From: Squalus acanthias
Lineage: Eukaryota
Assembly (NCBI GenBank): GCA_030390025.1
Contig: CM059436.1
Location: 93,868,001-93,932,000 of the forward strand
Reading direction: 5' to 3'
Length of the DNA: 64,000 nt
The notes below the pieces were generated by a model. It made no database searches and had not been told where the DNA came from. It saw only the letters and a program-made list of their open reading frames with translations. Both the position numbers and the translations under genes were made by a program. The stretch's first letter is position 1, and each line of letters opens with the position of its first letter. This document shows positions 1 to 12,039 of the stretch, piece after piece.

Positions 1-584
1 ATCACCTCAGCTGGTTGTAAGCCAGACTCCTGTCTCCGTATGTTCCAAGTTCAACACATAAACAATGTGATTGCTTGGTGCATCTATTGATGTCATATTT
101 ACAAAGACTTTTGTTTGTATCTTTTACAACATGTAAATTTAAACCCACTTCAACCGAGTACATAATTGTTTTCCTAGCTACTTCAATTGGTTGTATTACA
201 GACTTATGTCTCCTGTTTTTCATTTGATATTACTTTTACAAAGGCACATGGTTTTTTAATGTTCTGTGTTTCTGTTCGAAGTGTTAGTTTTATGACACCT
301 TAAACTGGGTATAGCTATTGTGTTGGTTCCAAACTGCAGACTTCTTGGAACCTCCAACCCTCTGTTTCAATGAGGCCAATGTCTCAGTGTCAACAACCAA
401 TTCCCATTTCAAAAGCTTGTATGGTGTTTACAGCTTTGTGTTAACATTCATCTTATCTCAGAAGCCTGTATTTACAGCTTTGTGTCATTGAGGCTTTTAG
501 ATTTTTAAACCCAGTTTGTCATATTTTAATAAAGTCAGAATTCTGTTCATAGGATGGTGTATTTTTCTGAATAGGTATGGCTCA

Positions 585-868
585 TTCCTTTACACGATTT
601 TAATCGCTCCACCATTGCCGGCCGTGCTTTCAGCTGCCTTGGCCTTAAGCTCTGGAATTCCCTCCCTAAACCTCTCCGCCTCTCTATCTCTCTCTCATCC
701 TTTAAGATGCTCCTTAAAACCTACCTCTTTGACCAAGTTTTTGGTCACCTGTCCTGATATCTCCTTCTGTGGCTCACTGTCAAAAGCATTTATTGATAAC
801 GCTCTTGTTAAACGCCTTGGGACATTTTGCTATGTTAAAGGCACTATACAAATGCAAGTTGTTGTTGA
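585..868 (+). mobile_element. L2-clade LINE 3' fragment with (GTT)n tail
   Basis: Near-identical to the 3' part of the L2 copy at 13435-13663 (gattttaatcgctccaccattg...ctttaagatgctccttaaaacctacctctttgaccaag); ends aatgcaagttgttgttg. Confidence 0.8.
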
Positions 869-2020
869 TATGGCCAAGGGGCAGCATGTAGATGAGAAAA
901 AGGCGGGGGTGATACTTGGGGTTTTCCAGAGGTAACTGGAGCGGGAAGAGAAGCCAAAACAAAATAAATATAGTCTGTTCAAAAATATAAACAGTTCACT
1001 GGTGAATGGTCAGTGTTTCTGAAATGAATTTAGAAAATAGTTTTGTTGTTTTTGGAGCACCATTTGATGGAAGTAACAAAGCGAGCAGCTGGTCCATCAT
1101 CTCTTTGAGGCCTGTTCCCTTTGTGTTTAGGTATCTTTCCAATTTAGAGAACCTCCACCCAGCTATTGTTAAGTTCTGGTACAATGGACTTTGTTCCTGG
1201 GCCCAGATAGTACTGAACAGGAATCTTCATTGAGAGAGTAGGTGGTAAGATTGGAGAATATGTGAAGCCAACCAAAGATGGCCTAATTGAGGCATAGAAA
1301 GTCTATTCCCAGAATGCTTAACAACCTTTCATTCGTATGCAAAAAACATAAGTGTGTGCACATAAACTGTATAATGCAGTCTTCATTTAAAAAAAGTATA
1401 TTTCAACAAGATAGGAACATAGGAATAGGAGTAGGCCATTTAGCTGCTCAAGCCTGTTCCACCATTCAATGAGATCATAGCTGATCTGCGACCTAACTCC
1501 ATATACCCGCCTTTGCCCCATATCCCTTAATACCTTTGGTTAACAATAATCTATCAATCTCAAATTTAAAATTAACAATTGACCTAGCATCAATTGCCAT
1601 TTGTAGAAGAGAGTTCCAAACTTCTACCACCCTTTGCATGTAGAAGTGTTTCTTAATTTCACTCCTGAAAGGCCTAGCTCTAATTTTTAGACTATGCCCC
1701 CTAGTCCTAGACCTACCAACCAGCAGAAATAGTTTCTCTCCATCTACCCCATCAGTTCCCCTTAATATCTTGAAAACTTTGATCAAATCACCCCTTAACT
1801 GTCTAAATTCCAGGGAATACAATCCTAGTTTGTGTAATCTCTCCTCGTAATTTAACCCTTGAAGTCCAGGTATCATTCTGGTAAATCTATGTTGCACTCC
1901 CTCCAAGGCCAACATATCCTTCCTAAGGTGTAGTGCCCAGAACTCCTCACAGTACCCTAGGTGTTGTCTAACCAGGGCTTTGTATAGCTGTAGCATAACT
2001 TCTACCCCCTTGTATTCTAG

Positions 2021-3017
2021 ACATAGAAACATAGAAGATAGGAGCAGGAGTAGGCCATTCGGCCCCTCGAGCCTGCTCCGCCATTCGATGAGATCATGGC
2101 TGATCATCCAAACTCAGTACCCTGTACCTGCCTTCTCCCCATATCCCTTGATACCTTTAGCTTTAAGAAATATATCTAACTCATTCTTGAATATATTTAA
2201 TGACTTGGCCTCAACTACCTTCTGTGGTAGAGAATTCCACAGGTTCACCACTCTCTGGGTGAAGAAATTCTTCCTCATTTCTGTCCTAAATGGCTTACCC
2301 GTTATCCTTAGATTATGACCCCTGGTTCTGGACTCTCCGACCATCGGGAACATTCTTCCTGCATCTAGTTTGTCCAGACCTGTCAGAATTTTATATGTTT
2401 CGATGAGATCCCCTCTCATTCTTCTATACTCCAGCGAGTATAAGCCCAATCGACCCAATCTCTCCTCATATGTCATTCCTGCCATCCCAGGTATCAGCCT
2501 TGTGAATCTTCGCTGAACTCCTTCCATGGCAAGAACATCCTTCCTCAGATAAGGCGACCAAAACTGCACACAGTATTCAAGGTGTGGTCTCACCAAGGCC
2601 CTGTACAACTGCAGCAGGACATCCCTGTTCCTATACTCAAACCCTTTCGCTATGAAGGCCAACATACCATTTGCCTTCTTCACCGCCTGCTGCACCTGCA
2701 TGCTTACTTTCAGCGACTGGTGCACAAGGACATCCAGGTCTCGTTGCACTTCCCCTTCTCCCAATCTATTGCCATTCAGATAATAGTCTGCCTTTCTGTT
2801 TTTGACACCAAAGTGGATAACCTCGCACTTATCCACGTTATATTGCATCTGCCACGCTTCTGCCCACTCACCCAACCTGTCCAATTCATCCTGGAGTTTC
2901 TCGGTATCCTCCTCGCAGCACACACTCCCACCCAGCTTTGTGTCATCTGCAAACTTGGAGATATTACATTTAGTTCCCTTATCTAGATCATTAATGTATA
3001 TTGTGAATAGCTGGGGG
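2021..3017 (-). mobile_element. CR1 LINE copy B (younger, 5'-truncated), nested in copy A
   Basis: Uninterrupted ORF 2114-2923 (QYNVDKCEVIHFG, LVRPHLEYCVQFWSP, RRMRGDLIETYKI, TRGHNL) preceded by SKFADDTKLGG; 3' tail acatagaaacatagaag at 2021. Copy A reads KANGMLA on one side and LEYKG on the other. Confidence 0.92.
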
Positions 3018-4532
3018 CCAGCATTCCATTAGCCTTTTGGATTATTTTTTGTACCTGTCCATGACATTTTAATGATCTATGTACATGGACCCCCAAGTTT
3101 CTTTGGACCTCCACTATTTAGAAAGTGGATGATCTCACATTTGCCTACATTGAAATTCATTTGCCACAATTTTGCCCATTCACTTGATCTATTAATATCT
3201 CTTTGTAATTTTAAGCTTCCATCTACACTGCTTATAATGCCAGCTATCTTTGTGTCACTGGCAAACTTGGATATGTGATTTTCCATCCCATCATCCAAGT
3301 CGTTAATAAATACGGTGAATAGTTGAGGCCTCAACACAGATCCTTGCGGGACACCACTAGTCACATCCTGCCAATTAGAGTACCTGCCCATTATCCCTGC
3401 TCTCTGTTTCCTACCGCTCAGCCAATTTCCTAATCAGGTCAATAATTTGCCTTCAATTCCATGAGCTTCAACTTTAGCTAACAGACTCTTATGTGGGACT
3501 TTATCAAATGCCTTCTGGAAGTCCATATAAATAACATCCATAGATATTCCCCTGTCCAGTACTTTAGTCACCTCTTCAAAAAATTCAATCAGGTTCATCA
3601 GGCATGACCTACCTTTACAAATCCATGTTGGCTTTCTCTGATCAGCTGAAAACTTTCAAGATGTTCAGTCACCCTATCCTTACAGACTCTAGTAATTACC
3701 CGACAACAGATGTTAGGCTAACTAGTCTATAATTCGCTGGTTTCTCTCTCTCACCTTTCTTAAATAGTGACATGCGCAGTTTTCCAATCTAAAAGGAATG
3801 GTTTCCGAATCGAGAGAACTTTGGAAGGTTATAGTTAGAACATCTGCAATGCGCTCACCTACTTCCTTTAAAACCCTGAGATGGAAACCATCCTGGGGAT
3901 TTGTCACTCTTTAGTGCCATTATTTTCTTCATTACTGTTATTTTGCTTACATTCATTTTGGTGAGTTCCCGTCCCCGATTCAATATTAGTTTCCTTGGGA
4001 TGTCCGGCATGCTATCCTCTTCCTCTACTGTAAATACTGACACGAAGAAATTATTCAACATATCTGCCATTTCCTTATTTTCATTTACAATATCACCGTT
4101 ATCAGTTCTCAAGGGGCCAACATTGCTCCTGACCACCCTCTTTTTCCTAATATAATTGTAAAATAATCTTGTGTTTATTTTGATATCCCTTGCAACTCCC
4201 TTTTTGTAGCTCTTATTATCTGTTTTGTCACCTTTTGTTGTTCTTTGTATCTCTCCTAGTCGCCAGGATCTGTGCTAGTTTTTGCATTTTTGTAGCTTTT
4301 TTTTCCAGTTTTATGCTGTCACTTACCTCTTCAGTCGTCCATAACTTTTTTTTGGCAAGTAGAGCTCTTGCCCCTTAGGAATATAATCTGGCTCTGTATC
4401 ACATTAAATTCGTTTTTGAACATTTCCCACTGATCTTCTGTCATTTTACCCAATAACAGATTTACCCAGTTTACTGTAGACAGTCTCTGTCTCATTGCAT
4501 TGAAGTCAGCCGTATTTAAATCTAGAATCTTA

Positions 4533-4617
4533 GTAATAAAAACAGAAAATGCTGGAAGTACTCAGCAGGTCAGGCAGCATCTATGGAGAGAGAATCAGAG
4601 TTAATGTTTCAGGTCAT
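4533..4617. mobile_element. Short Penelope-like terminal-repeat fragment inside CR1-A
   Basis: aaaacagaaaatgctggaagtactcagcaggtcaggcagcatctatggagagagaatcagagttaatgtttcaggtc interrupts CR1 sequence. It resembles the abundant shark Penelope-associated repeat (recalled, not searched). Confidence 0.55.
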
Positions 4618-4846
4618 TACTAAATCTAATATGGCCTGCTCCCTTGTTGGTTCTTGGACATATTGTTGCAGAAAACGATCCTGAATACACTCAAGAAATT
4701 CACTACCTTTCTGACATCAGCTAGTCTGCTTATCTCAATCTATATGAAAATTAAAATCCCCCATTAAAACCACTCTGCCTTTACTACATGCTTGTCTAAT
4801 CTCTGCATTTATACATTCTACCACTTCACAGCTGCTACCAGGGGGC

Positions 4847-4987
4847 CAATGTTCCCTTCTCTGAACCTTCCATGCAGCCGGCTCGCCGACTTTTCAATGA
4901 GAAAACCGCGCAAGTGCGGTATTTTGAATGGGCCGTGCAGCTCCTTAAAGGGGCCGTGCACCCAAAAAAAAATTAACGGGAACATTG
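4847..4987. mobile_element. MITE with 10-bp TIRs (hAT-like termini) inside the CR1-A endonuclease region
   Basis: caatgttccc (4847-4856) and gggaacattg (4978-4987) are perfect inverted repeats. The 141-bp insert splits the CR1 VVGVV..RPPGS motif. No clear TSD. Confidence 0.7.
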
Positions 4988-5269
4988 CACACAACTCCCA
5001 CTACAGTCTTAAATCCTTTATTATTTCTTAATTCTACCCATAAAGTCTCCACTGCCTGCTTACCTCTCGTTATATCCTTTCTTATTATTGAAGTGATTTC
5101 ATCCTTAATCACTAAGACTACTCCTCCCCCTAACTTTCCTGTAGACCTTATAACCTAGTATATTTAGTTCTCAGTCCTGACCGTCTTGCAGCCATGTCTC
5201 AGTAATGGCTACCATGCCATACCCTCCAACTTGAATTTGCGCCTGCAGTTGATTCAGTTTGTTCTTAAT

Positions 5270-5435
5270 CACAGAATCACAGAATCCCCACAATGCAGAT
5301 AGAGGCCATTTCGGCCCATCGAGCCTGCACCGACACATATCCCACCCTATCCCCGTAACCCCACGTATTTAATCCCCCTAACACTAAGGGTCAATTTATC
5401 ATAGCCAAATCAACCTAACCCGCACATCTTTGGAC
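5270..5435 (-). mobile_element. HE1-like SINE 3' fragment inside CR1-A
   Basis: (CACAGAAT)2 tail, CR1-type 3' end gaggccatttcggcccatcgag, and body ...caacctaacccgcacatctttggac. CR1-A resumes at about 5440. Confidence 0.7.
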
Positions 5436-5731
5436 ATCTTTAATACTCCGTGCATTTGTATAAAGAACACTTATTTGGGCTACACACCCTAACCTGTCCT
5501 TCTGCTCTAATGTTTTACTTTCACATTTCTTATTTCTTTCTCCTGGTTTAATTACTGTACATCTTTTATTTTTCCCTTTACATGTCGAGCCTAAAGTGTC
5601 TGACTATTACTCTACTCTCTTCCCTTTCATTTGTTTTAGAATTATTATTTATACTACTTTTTCCACCTGAGCCCTCCCCTCCATTTACTAGTTTAAAGTC
5701 CTTGTGACCGCCCTATTTATCCTTTCCGCTA

Positions 5732-7005
5732 GTGGTGCCCAGAATTGGACACAGTACTCCAGTTGGAGCCGAACCAGTGTTTTATACAGGTTCATCATAA
5801 TTTCCACACTTTTGTACTCTATACCTCTAATCATGAAGCCCAGGTTCCCGTAAGCCTTTTTAACTGCTTTCTCAATCTGCCCTGTCATCTTCAACGATTT
5901 ATGCACACATACCCCCGGTCTCTCTGTTCATGCACCCCCTTCAGAATTGTACCATTTAGTTTATATGTATATTATTAGTTTATATTTAGTTTAATTTTGA
6001 AATTGTGCCCTATACACCCACGTCCAAGTCATTAATATATATCAAGAAAAGCAGTGGTCCTGGAACCGTCCCCTGGGGAACACCACTGTATACCTTCCTC
6101 CAGTCCGAAAAACAGCTGTTCACCACTACTGTTTGTTTCCTATCACTTCGCCAATTCCGTATCCATGCTGCCACTGTCCCTTTTATTCCATGGGCTTCAA
6201 CTTTGCTGGCAAGCCTATTATGTGGCACTTTGTCTAACGCCTTTTAGAAATCCATGTACACTACATCAACTGCATTACCCTCATCAACCCTCTCTGTTAC
6301 CTCATCAAAGAACTCAATCAAGTTAGTTAAACACGATTTGCCTTTAACAAATCCGTGCTGGCTTTCCTTAATTAATCCACACTTGTCCAAGTGACTGTTA
6401 ATTTTGTCCCTGATTACTGTTTCTAAAAGCTTCCCCACTACCGAGGTCAAACTGACTGGCCTGTAGTTGCTGGGTTTATCTTTAACCCTTTTTTGAACAA
6501 TGGTGTAACATTTGCAATTCTCCAGTCCTCTGGCACCACCCCCATATCTAAGGAGGATTGGAATATTATGGCCAGTACCTCCGCAATTTCCTCCCTCAAC
6601 TTCCTCAGCATCCTAGGATGCATCCCATCCACTCCTGGTGACTTATCTACTTTAAGTACAGCCAGCCTTTCTAATACCGCCTCTTTATCAATTTTTATCC
6701 TATCAAATATCTCCACTACCTCCTCCTTTACTATGTCTATGGCAGCATCCTCTTCCTTGGTGAAGACAGATGCAAAGTACTCGTTTAGTACCTCAGCCAT
6801 ACCCTCTGCCTCCATGCATAGGTCTCCTTTTTGGTCCCTAATTGGCCCCACCCCTCCTCTTACTACCCTTTGACTATTTATATGCTTATAGAAGACTTTT
6901 GGATTACCTTTTATGTTGGCTGCCATTCTATTCTCATACCCTCTCTTTGCCTTGTTATTTTCTTTTTCACTTCTCCTCTGATCTTTCTATATATAGCCTG
7001 ATTCT
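5732..7005 (-). mobile_element. CR1 LINE copy C, internal RT fragment
   Basis: ORFs 6447-6926, 6244-6450, 6010-6228 and 5732-5906 give [57 protein letters not shown] and LEYCVQFWAP. Frameshifted; 3' end missing. Confidence 0.9.
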
Positions 7006-7714
7006 CAGATGTATTTGAAGTGTAGTTACTGTTGTAAGGTAGGAAACGTAAATGTAAAACTAAATTTCATTTTGAGACCTACTCACCCACTACTTACCAG
7101 AGAGTTCCATTCTCACCAAATTCCCAACTTTTACACTCTGTTTACGATGCACTCCATTTATGACAACTCTGTGCGACCACTCTGAGTTTAAGAGAGTTCT
7201 GTAGAAGAGCTATATCCAAGTACTGGGTTACTTAAAAATCAGAAACTATTTGTTTAAAAATGGCCCTGTTTGTAATCATAGTAAAGCTTCCTTTTAGCTG
7301 GAGGATTAATAAGCAGGTTTCAGCATGATAATAATAAACAACATTCCAGAGATGTGACCGAAGTCCAAAGTGCAACCAAATCCTTTAAACAAGTTCTGTT
7401 TTCCAACATAACACACACAGGAGCAATGTTAGCATTCGTAAATAATGGCCAGTTTAGGAATGGGACTTTTTGCCACACATTAATGTCTCAGCAAATTAGG
7501 ATAATGAAAATAAACAATGCATCTGATTAAATATAAACCTTAAGGATATTTAACTATAATCCATTTAATCAGTCAAAAAATTCATTGTTTCAATGGCACT
7601 CTACTTATCTAATATTTATGCTGTGACTGATAAAGATCATAATGTACATTCTGCTGAAGCTGCAGTAAATTCTGATCCAAGGTTGAGAAGTGCTCACGGT
7701 ATGGCATCAATGTT

Positions 7715-8397
7715 TATCGGGGGTGGGGGGGGTGCAGTTGGGAAGGGTGCGGGGGGGGGCGGTTGGGAAGGGTGTGGGGGAGCCCAATAGTGGGTGGCAC
7801 ACCCAGACTTTTCAGGGATGTGGAGGCCCGACTGATCTTAACAGCAGGGCCTCATTTAAATTCAACTTCCTGGAATCCCGCTTGACACTCGGCTAGATTC
7901 ACTACCTGGCTGGCGGGCGAGTGCAGGAATTTGGCCACAGGAGGCCACAGCCGGGGACCCATGGGAACAGTCCCAGGCAGTCAGTGGGAAGAGGGGATTT
8001 CCTTTGCGATCGGGGGGGAGGCCAGGGCTGAGGGTTCCCTCATGATCGGGGGCTGCACTCCTGCTTCTCCTGGCCCACAAGGAGTTCAAACAGAAGGAAA
8101 TTTCTAAGACTTACCTTGGCCTCTTCTGGCCAGTTGGCCCCTCTCGCCCTGGTGCGGGACTCCCCCTGCCTTGACATTAATATTACGTTGCGGCAACAAT
8201 TATGTCCGGGCTGTGACTTTTGCATGTTAGCCCTCTGCCTGCTTTTAGTGGGAGCCTCATCGATGGCCTGAATCGCCAACATTAATACTGTGCCAGCTGG
8301 GAACGCAGCAGGATTTCCATTTTCAAGACTTTAACCCCTTGCCTGACCCTTTCCTGCTTGTCGAGGGGTGTGGGGGGTGGGTTAAAAACAAGGCCTA
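7715..8397. mobile_element. GC-rich island, probable non-autonomous DNA transposon remnant
   Basis: Sharp GC-rich block with G-runs in AT-rich flanks, ending gggttaaaaacaaggcc, a GGCC terminus like the Harbinger-type ends nearby. No matching left TIR found. Confidence 0.35.
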
Positions 8398-9244
8398 TGG
8401 CTCACATCACAAACTCTTGTGGCATATTTATTAGTTTATTTTGTCATTTTTAAAATCAGCTTTTGCCTCAGCTCCCTGGTAATAATGGGTCTCCTGCACC
8501 AGATCCCAGAAAGCAGGTTCGTCAGCAGCGGTTTGATCATCTTCCTACCATCTAACAATCCCTATCAAATCTCAAAATGGTTCTGAAGCAAAACACAGAC
8601 ATCTAGATGCAACGTATCAAGAAAGGTTCTGTATATGACTGAAGTGGTGCCATGGATATTACTTTGCCTTGTTTTACTTTCTGTAAATATGATTTGAGTA
8701 TACATTAATTAAAAACAACAAACCATGTTTCGTATTAAGGTTTTCTTGTTCGTACTTCTTAGACTCCAAGTGAATAGTTTTAAATGTGGCATTAAAAGTG
8801 CAAATTAACTTCCATGTTAGAGGTACGCCATAGACAATGTTCGTGATTGTCTACACACAGTAAGTGTTGTCAGGTTATTCAACTGTGGAGCCTAACTCAA
8901 CCCATACAGACACATCTTCCAGTAGTTTTTTCTTAAATACCATGAGCTAATTTTTCAAATAGCATGGAAATCAGCTTTCCATCTGAAGGCTTTTTGAGGT
9001 AAGGTTTGGAACAGATATGTCATCTCACTGTTTAAATAAGTGTTTGGAGCCTCATGTGCATAGAATTTCATACAATGGCTTGAACCGGTTACACAGAATA
9101 TGTTTGTCCATCTGAGCCACATTATAGGGAGGAACTAAGTAGATTAATAATTTCAGCTTTTGAGGGAATTCTAACTTGCAGACCTCATCAACCCCAGTTT
9201 TCCCCTCTTTTATTAATGGCCTGGATGTTACACAGGACTGGAAG

Positions 9245-9477
9245 GGGGTCGTTCGGCCTGATTGCCTGCCTCTCTTCCGCGGCCATGTTCATGCCCAGGT
9301 GGCCCTGGAGATGGAGCACGCGGTGTCCGCCGGCACGCTTGAGTTTTTCCGCGACCGGTGGGCGCCGCGGGGACTGGAGTGCATCGTCACCCCGGGCTAC
9401 CAAATTTTAATTTAATTTGTTAAGTTTCTTTTAAGGTTTTATTGATTTACAGTTAATTTGTGCCCAATAAAAAAAAG
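9245..9477 (+). mobile_element. 5'-truncated L1-clade (Tx1-like) retrotransposon 3' end with 16-bp TSD
   Basis: Perfect direct repeat tacacaggactggaag at 9229-9244 and 9478-9493. The insert encodes GVVRPDCLPLFRGHVHAQVALEMEHAVSAGTLEFFRDRWAPRGLECIVTPGYQILI*, then a T-rich UTR and aataaaaaaaa. Confidence 0.8.
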
Positions 9478-9913
9478 TACACAGGACTGGAAGATGGGTG
9501 CTTGCTGAAAACTGCGGGCTGTGGACTGGCTGCTGCTGTCAGACAGAACAGTTGCTTGGAGTAGGTGGCTGCTGTTTATGGCTTGCTAACATGTGTAAGA
9601 CAAAATTGGAAGTCCCTTAGGACTGTCTGTTCAAAGGTTCGAAGCTGACTCCATATTGGTAACAGTTATGATTTTATTTAAGCATACGTAGACTTAATAC
9701 ATTACAGTATTTGAGCAGTAGTTTACAAAGTACAATTAAGAATTATATTACCCGTTATAACCGTCCTAACTGTCCTTTGGGTAGTAGGCGTGGGCCATTC
9801 CTCGTTCCTTCTACTCGCAAACGCATTTGCGCCAGTCCGGATCGGTGTTCCTCCTGACCCTTCTACTCTGAGAATGACCAAACTCACTAGGATATATCTC
9901 AAAAAACAAAACT

Positions 9914-10379
9914 GCAGAAAGACTTGCATTTATATAACACCTTTCACAACTACCGGACATCCTAAATGCTTTACAGCCATTGAAGTATTTTTTGAAGTGT
10001 AGTCACGGTTGTAATGTAGGAAACACGGCAGCCAATTTACGCTTAGCAAGCTCCCACAAACAGCAATGTGTTAATGACCAGATAATCTGTTTAGTGATGT
10101 TGATTGAGGGATAAATATTGGTCAGGACACTGGGGATAACTCCCCTGCTCTTCTTCGAAATAGTGCCATGGGATCTTTTAAGTCCACTTGAGAGAGCAGA
10201 CGGGGCCTCGGTTTTAACGCCTCATCCGATAGACGGCACCTCCCACAGTGCAGCACTCCCTCAGCACTGCACTGGAGTGTCAGCCTAGATGTTTGTGCTC
10301 AAGTCTCTGGAGTGGGACTGTGAACTCACAACCTTCTGACTCAGAGGCGAGGGTGCTACCAAATGAGCCACTGGTTGAC
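9914..10379 (-). mobile_element. Full-length tRNA-derived SINE, SacSINE1/LF-SINE-like (DeuSINE group)
   Basis: Minus-strand head has an A box TGGCTCATTTGG and a B-box-like GAGTTCACAGTCCC. The core aatagtgccatgggatcttt...tcagcctagat...gtgctcaagtctctggagtgggac is as in LF-SINE/AmnSINE-type elements. The L2-type 3' tail is tatataaatgcaagtctttct. Confidence 0.85.
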
Positions 10380-11151
10380 GCTATCTATCCAATCTGAAAG
10401 AGCTATTCAATCATGTATCTTCCATACTCCCCATTCTACCCAATCAGGAGCCCAGCAAGGTCTGTGGCCAGCACAGGCCTTGGGTCTCCCTTATCTGCTT
10501 TTTAGCCCTAGCACAAACTTTTTCTGTTTCCATGGTGATGACGTAACCCAGAACCTTGATGACAACGGGTTCTAATTAGAGTCTGGTTTTCAACATGCTT
10601 TAACCTAATTCTAACGAATAAGACCAAATTAATAAAACTATACTAACTTAATAAAAACTATAAACTGGCAATCTTAGTATTAAACTACGGTCTAGCAAAG
10701 CTTATACTGAAAATTAGTAAAAGGAATTTAGTTGGTTATGTTTCGATGGCTCACATAAGTTTCACATTCCCACAGACATGAACCAGATAAGAGATGAGAC
10801 TGAGACAGCTCGGAGCCTCCCTTGTTTCTTTCCCTTGCTTTTCTAGAAAAACCAAGTGCAATTTTGCCATACACAAGGCCATTCGTGACGCACCCAACAC
10901 ATGCAGTCTGAAAGCTGTGGAGTTCTGCGGAATAGTAGTTCTAACAAAAAACATGTGGTCATTTAACTTTTGCAATGCCTGATCCCTCAAAATACCCTCA
11001 AAACCCCATATTCTTACACATGTAGGCTGCTGGGCTGACTGTGGGCTTTTCTGGTCTGCTCAGCTGCTCACTGAGTCATTATGGGAGCGTGTTTCGATTG
11101 ATTAATTTTACATATGCTACTTTATGATATGCAACATAAAGTTAATGTAAT

Positions 11152-11920
11152 GGCCCGTAATTTGCAGTCAGCAGCGAAGCAAAGGCGTTCGCCGCTGGCC
11201 CCGAAGTAAGCTTCACACAAAAATCTCACGATCTCTGTGGTGAGAAGTTTGGCTTTTCCAACGTGCAGCTGAAATCAACGTAGTTCAGTGGAAATCCCAT
11301 AGTGCGAGCTGCTGTGACGTCAACAAGCTGTCTAAGCAGCCAATCACAATGCAGAATTTTCACAGACCGAGAACAGGAAATAGAAAGCATTATAATCAAT
11401 CACTTTTTAAAAAATTTACAGAATGAAATAAAGATTGTTTACATACACTGGGTTAAGGTAGAAGCTGAAATATCATGAACAAATTTTTAAAATAAAAATA
11501 ATTTTTTTAAGTTAATTTTAAAATCTAATCATTTTTAACTTAATGGAGAAATTTGACATCCACCAATATAAAATTAGTTTTTCAGGACCAGTACAGTTTA
11601 TCAGTAGTTAATACTCAGATCGCCGTTAAAAACCCAGTTACACCATTTGAATGGGTCTAACTTTTCATGGGGTTTCTAATACTTATTTGGAAAAGGGGAA
11701 GTTTTTGTCAGATCAGTGATTTCACTGATTGCTGGCTTTGGGTGGGGGGTGGGGGGTCCACAGCGCAGCCAGTGTCAGAGCAGTGAATGACAGACCGCAA
11801 CTTCAGGATTTCCGCATTGGGCTACGCATGTGCTAAGTCCTGAAGTTGCGGTCAGTTTCAAAGGCGAAATGACGGCGAATGCTGCCAGTTCACCGTCATC
11901 AGGACTGCAAGTTCCAGGCC
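11152..11920. mobile_element. Harbinger-type MITE (769 bp) with 18-bp imperfect TIRs and 3-bp TSD
   Basis: Left TIR ggcccgtaatttgcagtc; the right end gactgcaagttccaggcc reverse-complements to ggcctggaacttgcagtc (15/18). AAT flanks both sides (11149-11151, 11921-11923). Confidence 0.75.
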
Positions 11921-12039
11921 AATATGTAAAAAAAAGTACTCCAAATAAAGTGCCACAAATCAAAATTGTCTTGAGCGATAAGCCCCAGACAACCGTAAAA
12001 ATAAATTCTTATCAATGATGTACAGTTTACCCACTTTTA

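Larger units (their letters stand above)
1410..5731 (-). mobile_element. CR1 LINE copy A (degraded, 5'-truncated, with four nested insertions)
   Basis: Minus strand: ORF1 C-terminus LAERINRAVTRTLN* (5688-5731); APE endonuclease remnants (TNARSI, AITETWLQ) at about 4620-5470; RT motifs SGVPQGSVL and SKFASDTK (3077-3391); C-terminus YSLEFRQLRGDLI..RTRGHSLK..VWNSL (1493-2020); 3' UTR with (CATAGGAA)-like tail at about 1410-1430. Many frameshifts and stops. Confidence 0.9.

Noticed and set aside
996-1233. Short overlapping ORFs in unique sequence
   Set aside because: No recognisable motifs, and the length is compatible with chance.
1493-2107. 204-aa ORF as an independent gene
   Set aside because: Chimera of the CR1-B 3' UTR and the CR1-A RT C-terminus.
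5688-5906. ORF joining LEYCVQFWAP to LAERINRAVTRTLN
   Set aside because: Chance in-frame junction between CR1-C ORF2 and the CR1-A ORF1 C-terminus, not a gene.
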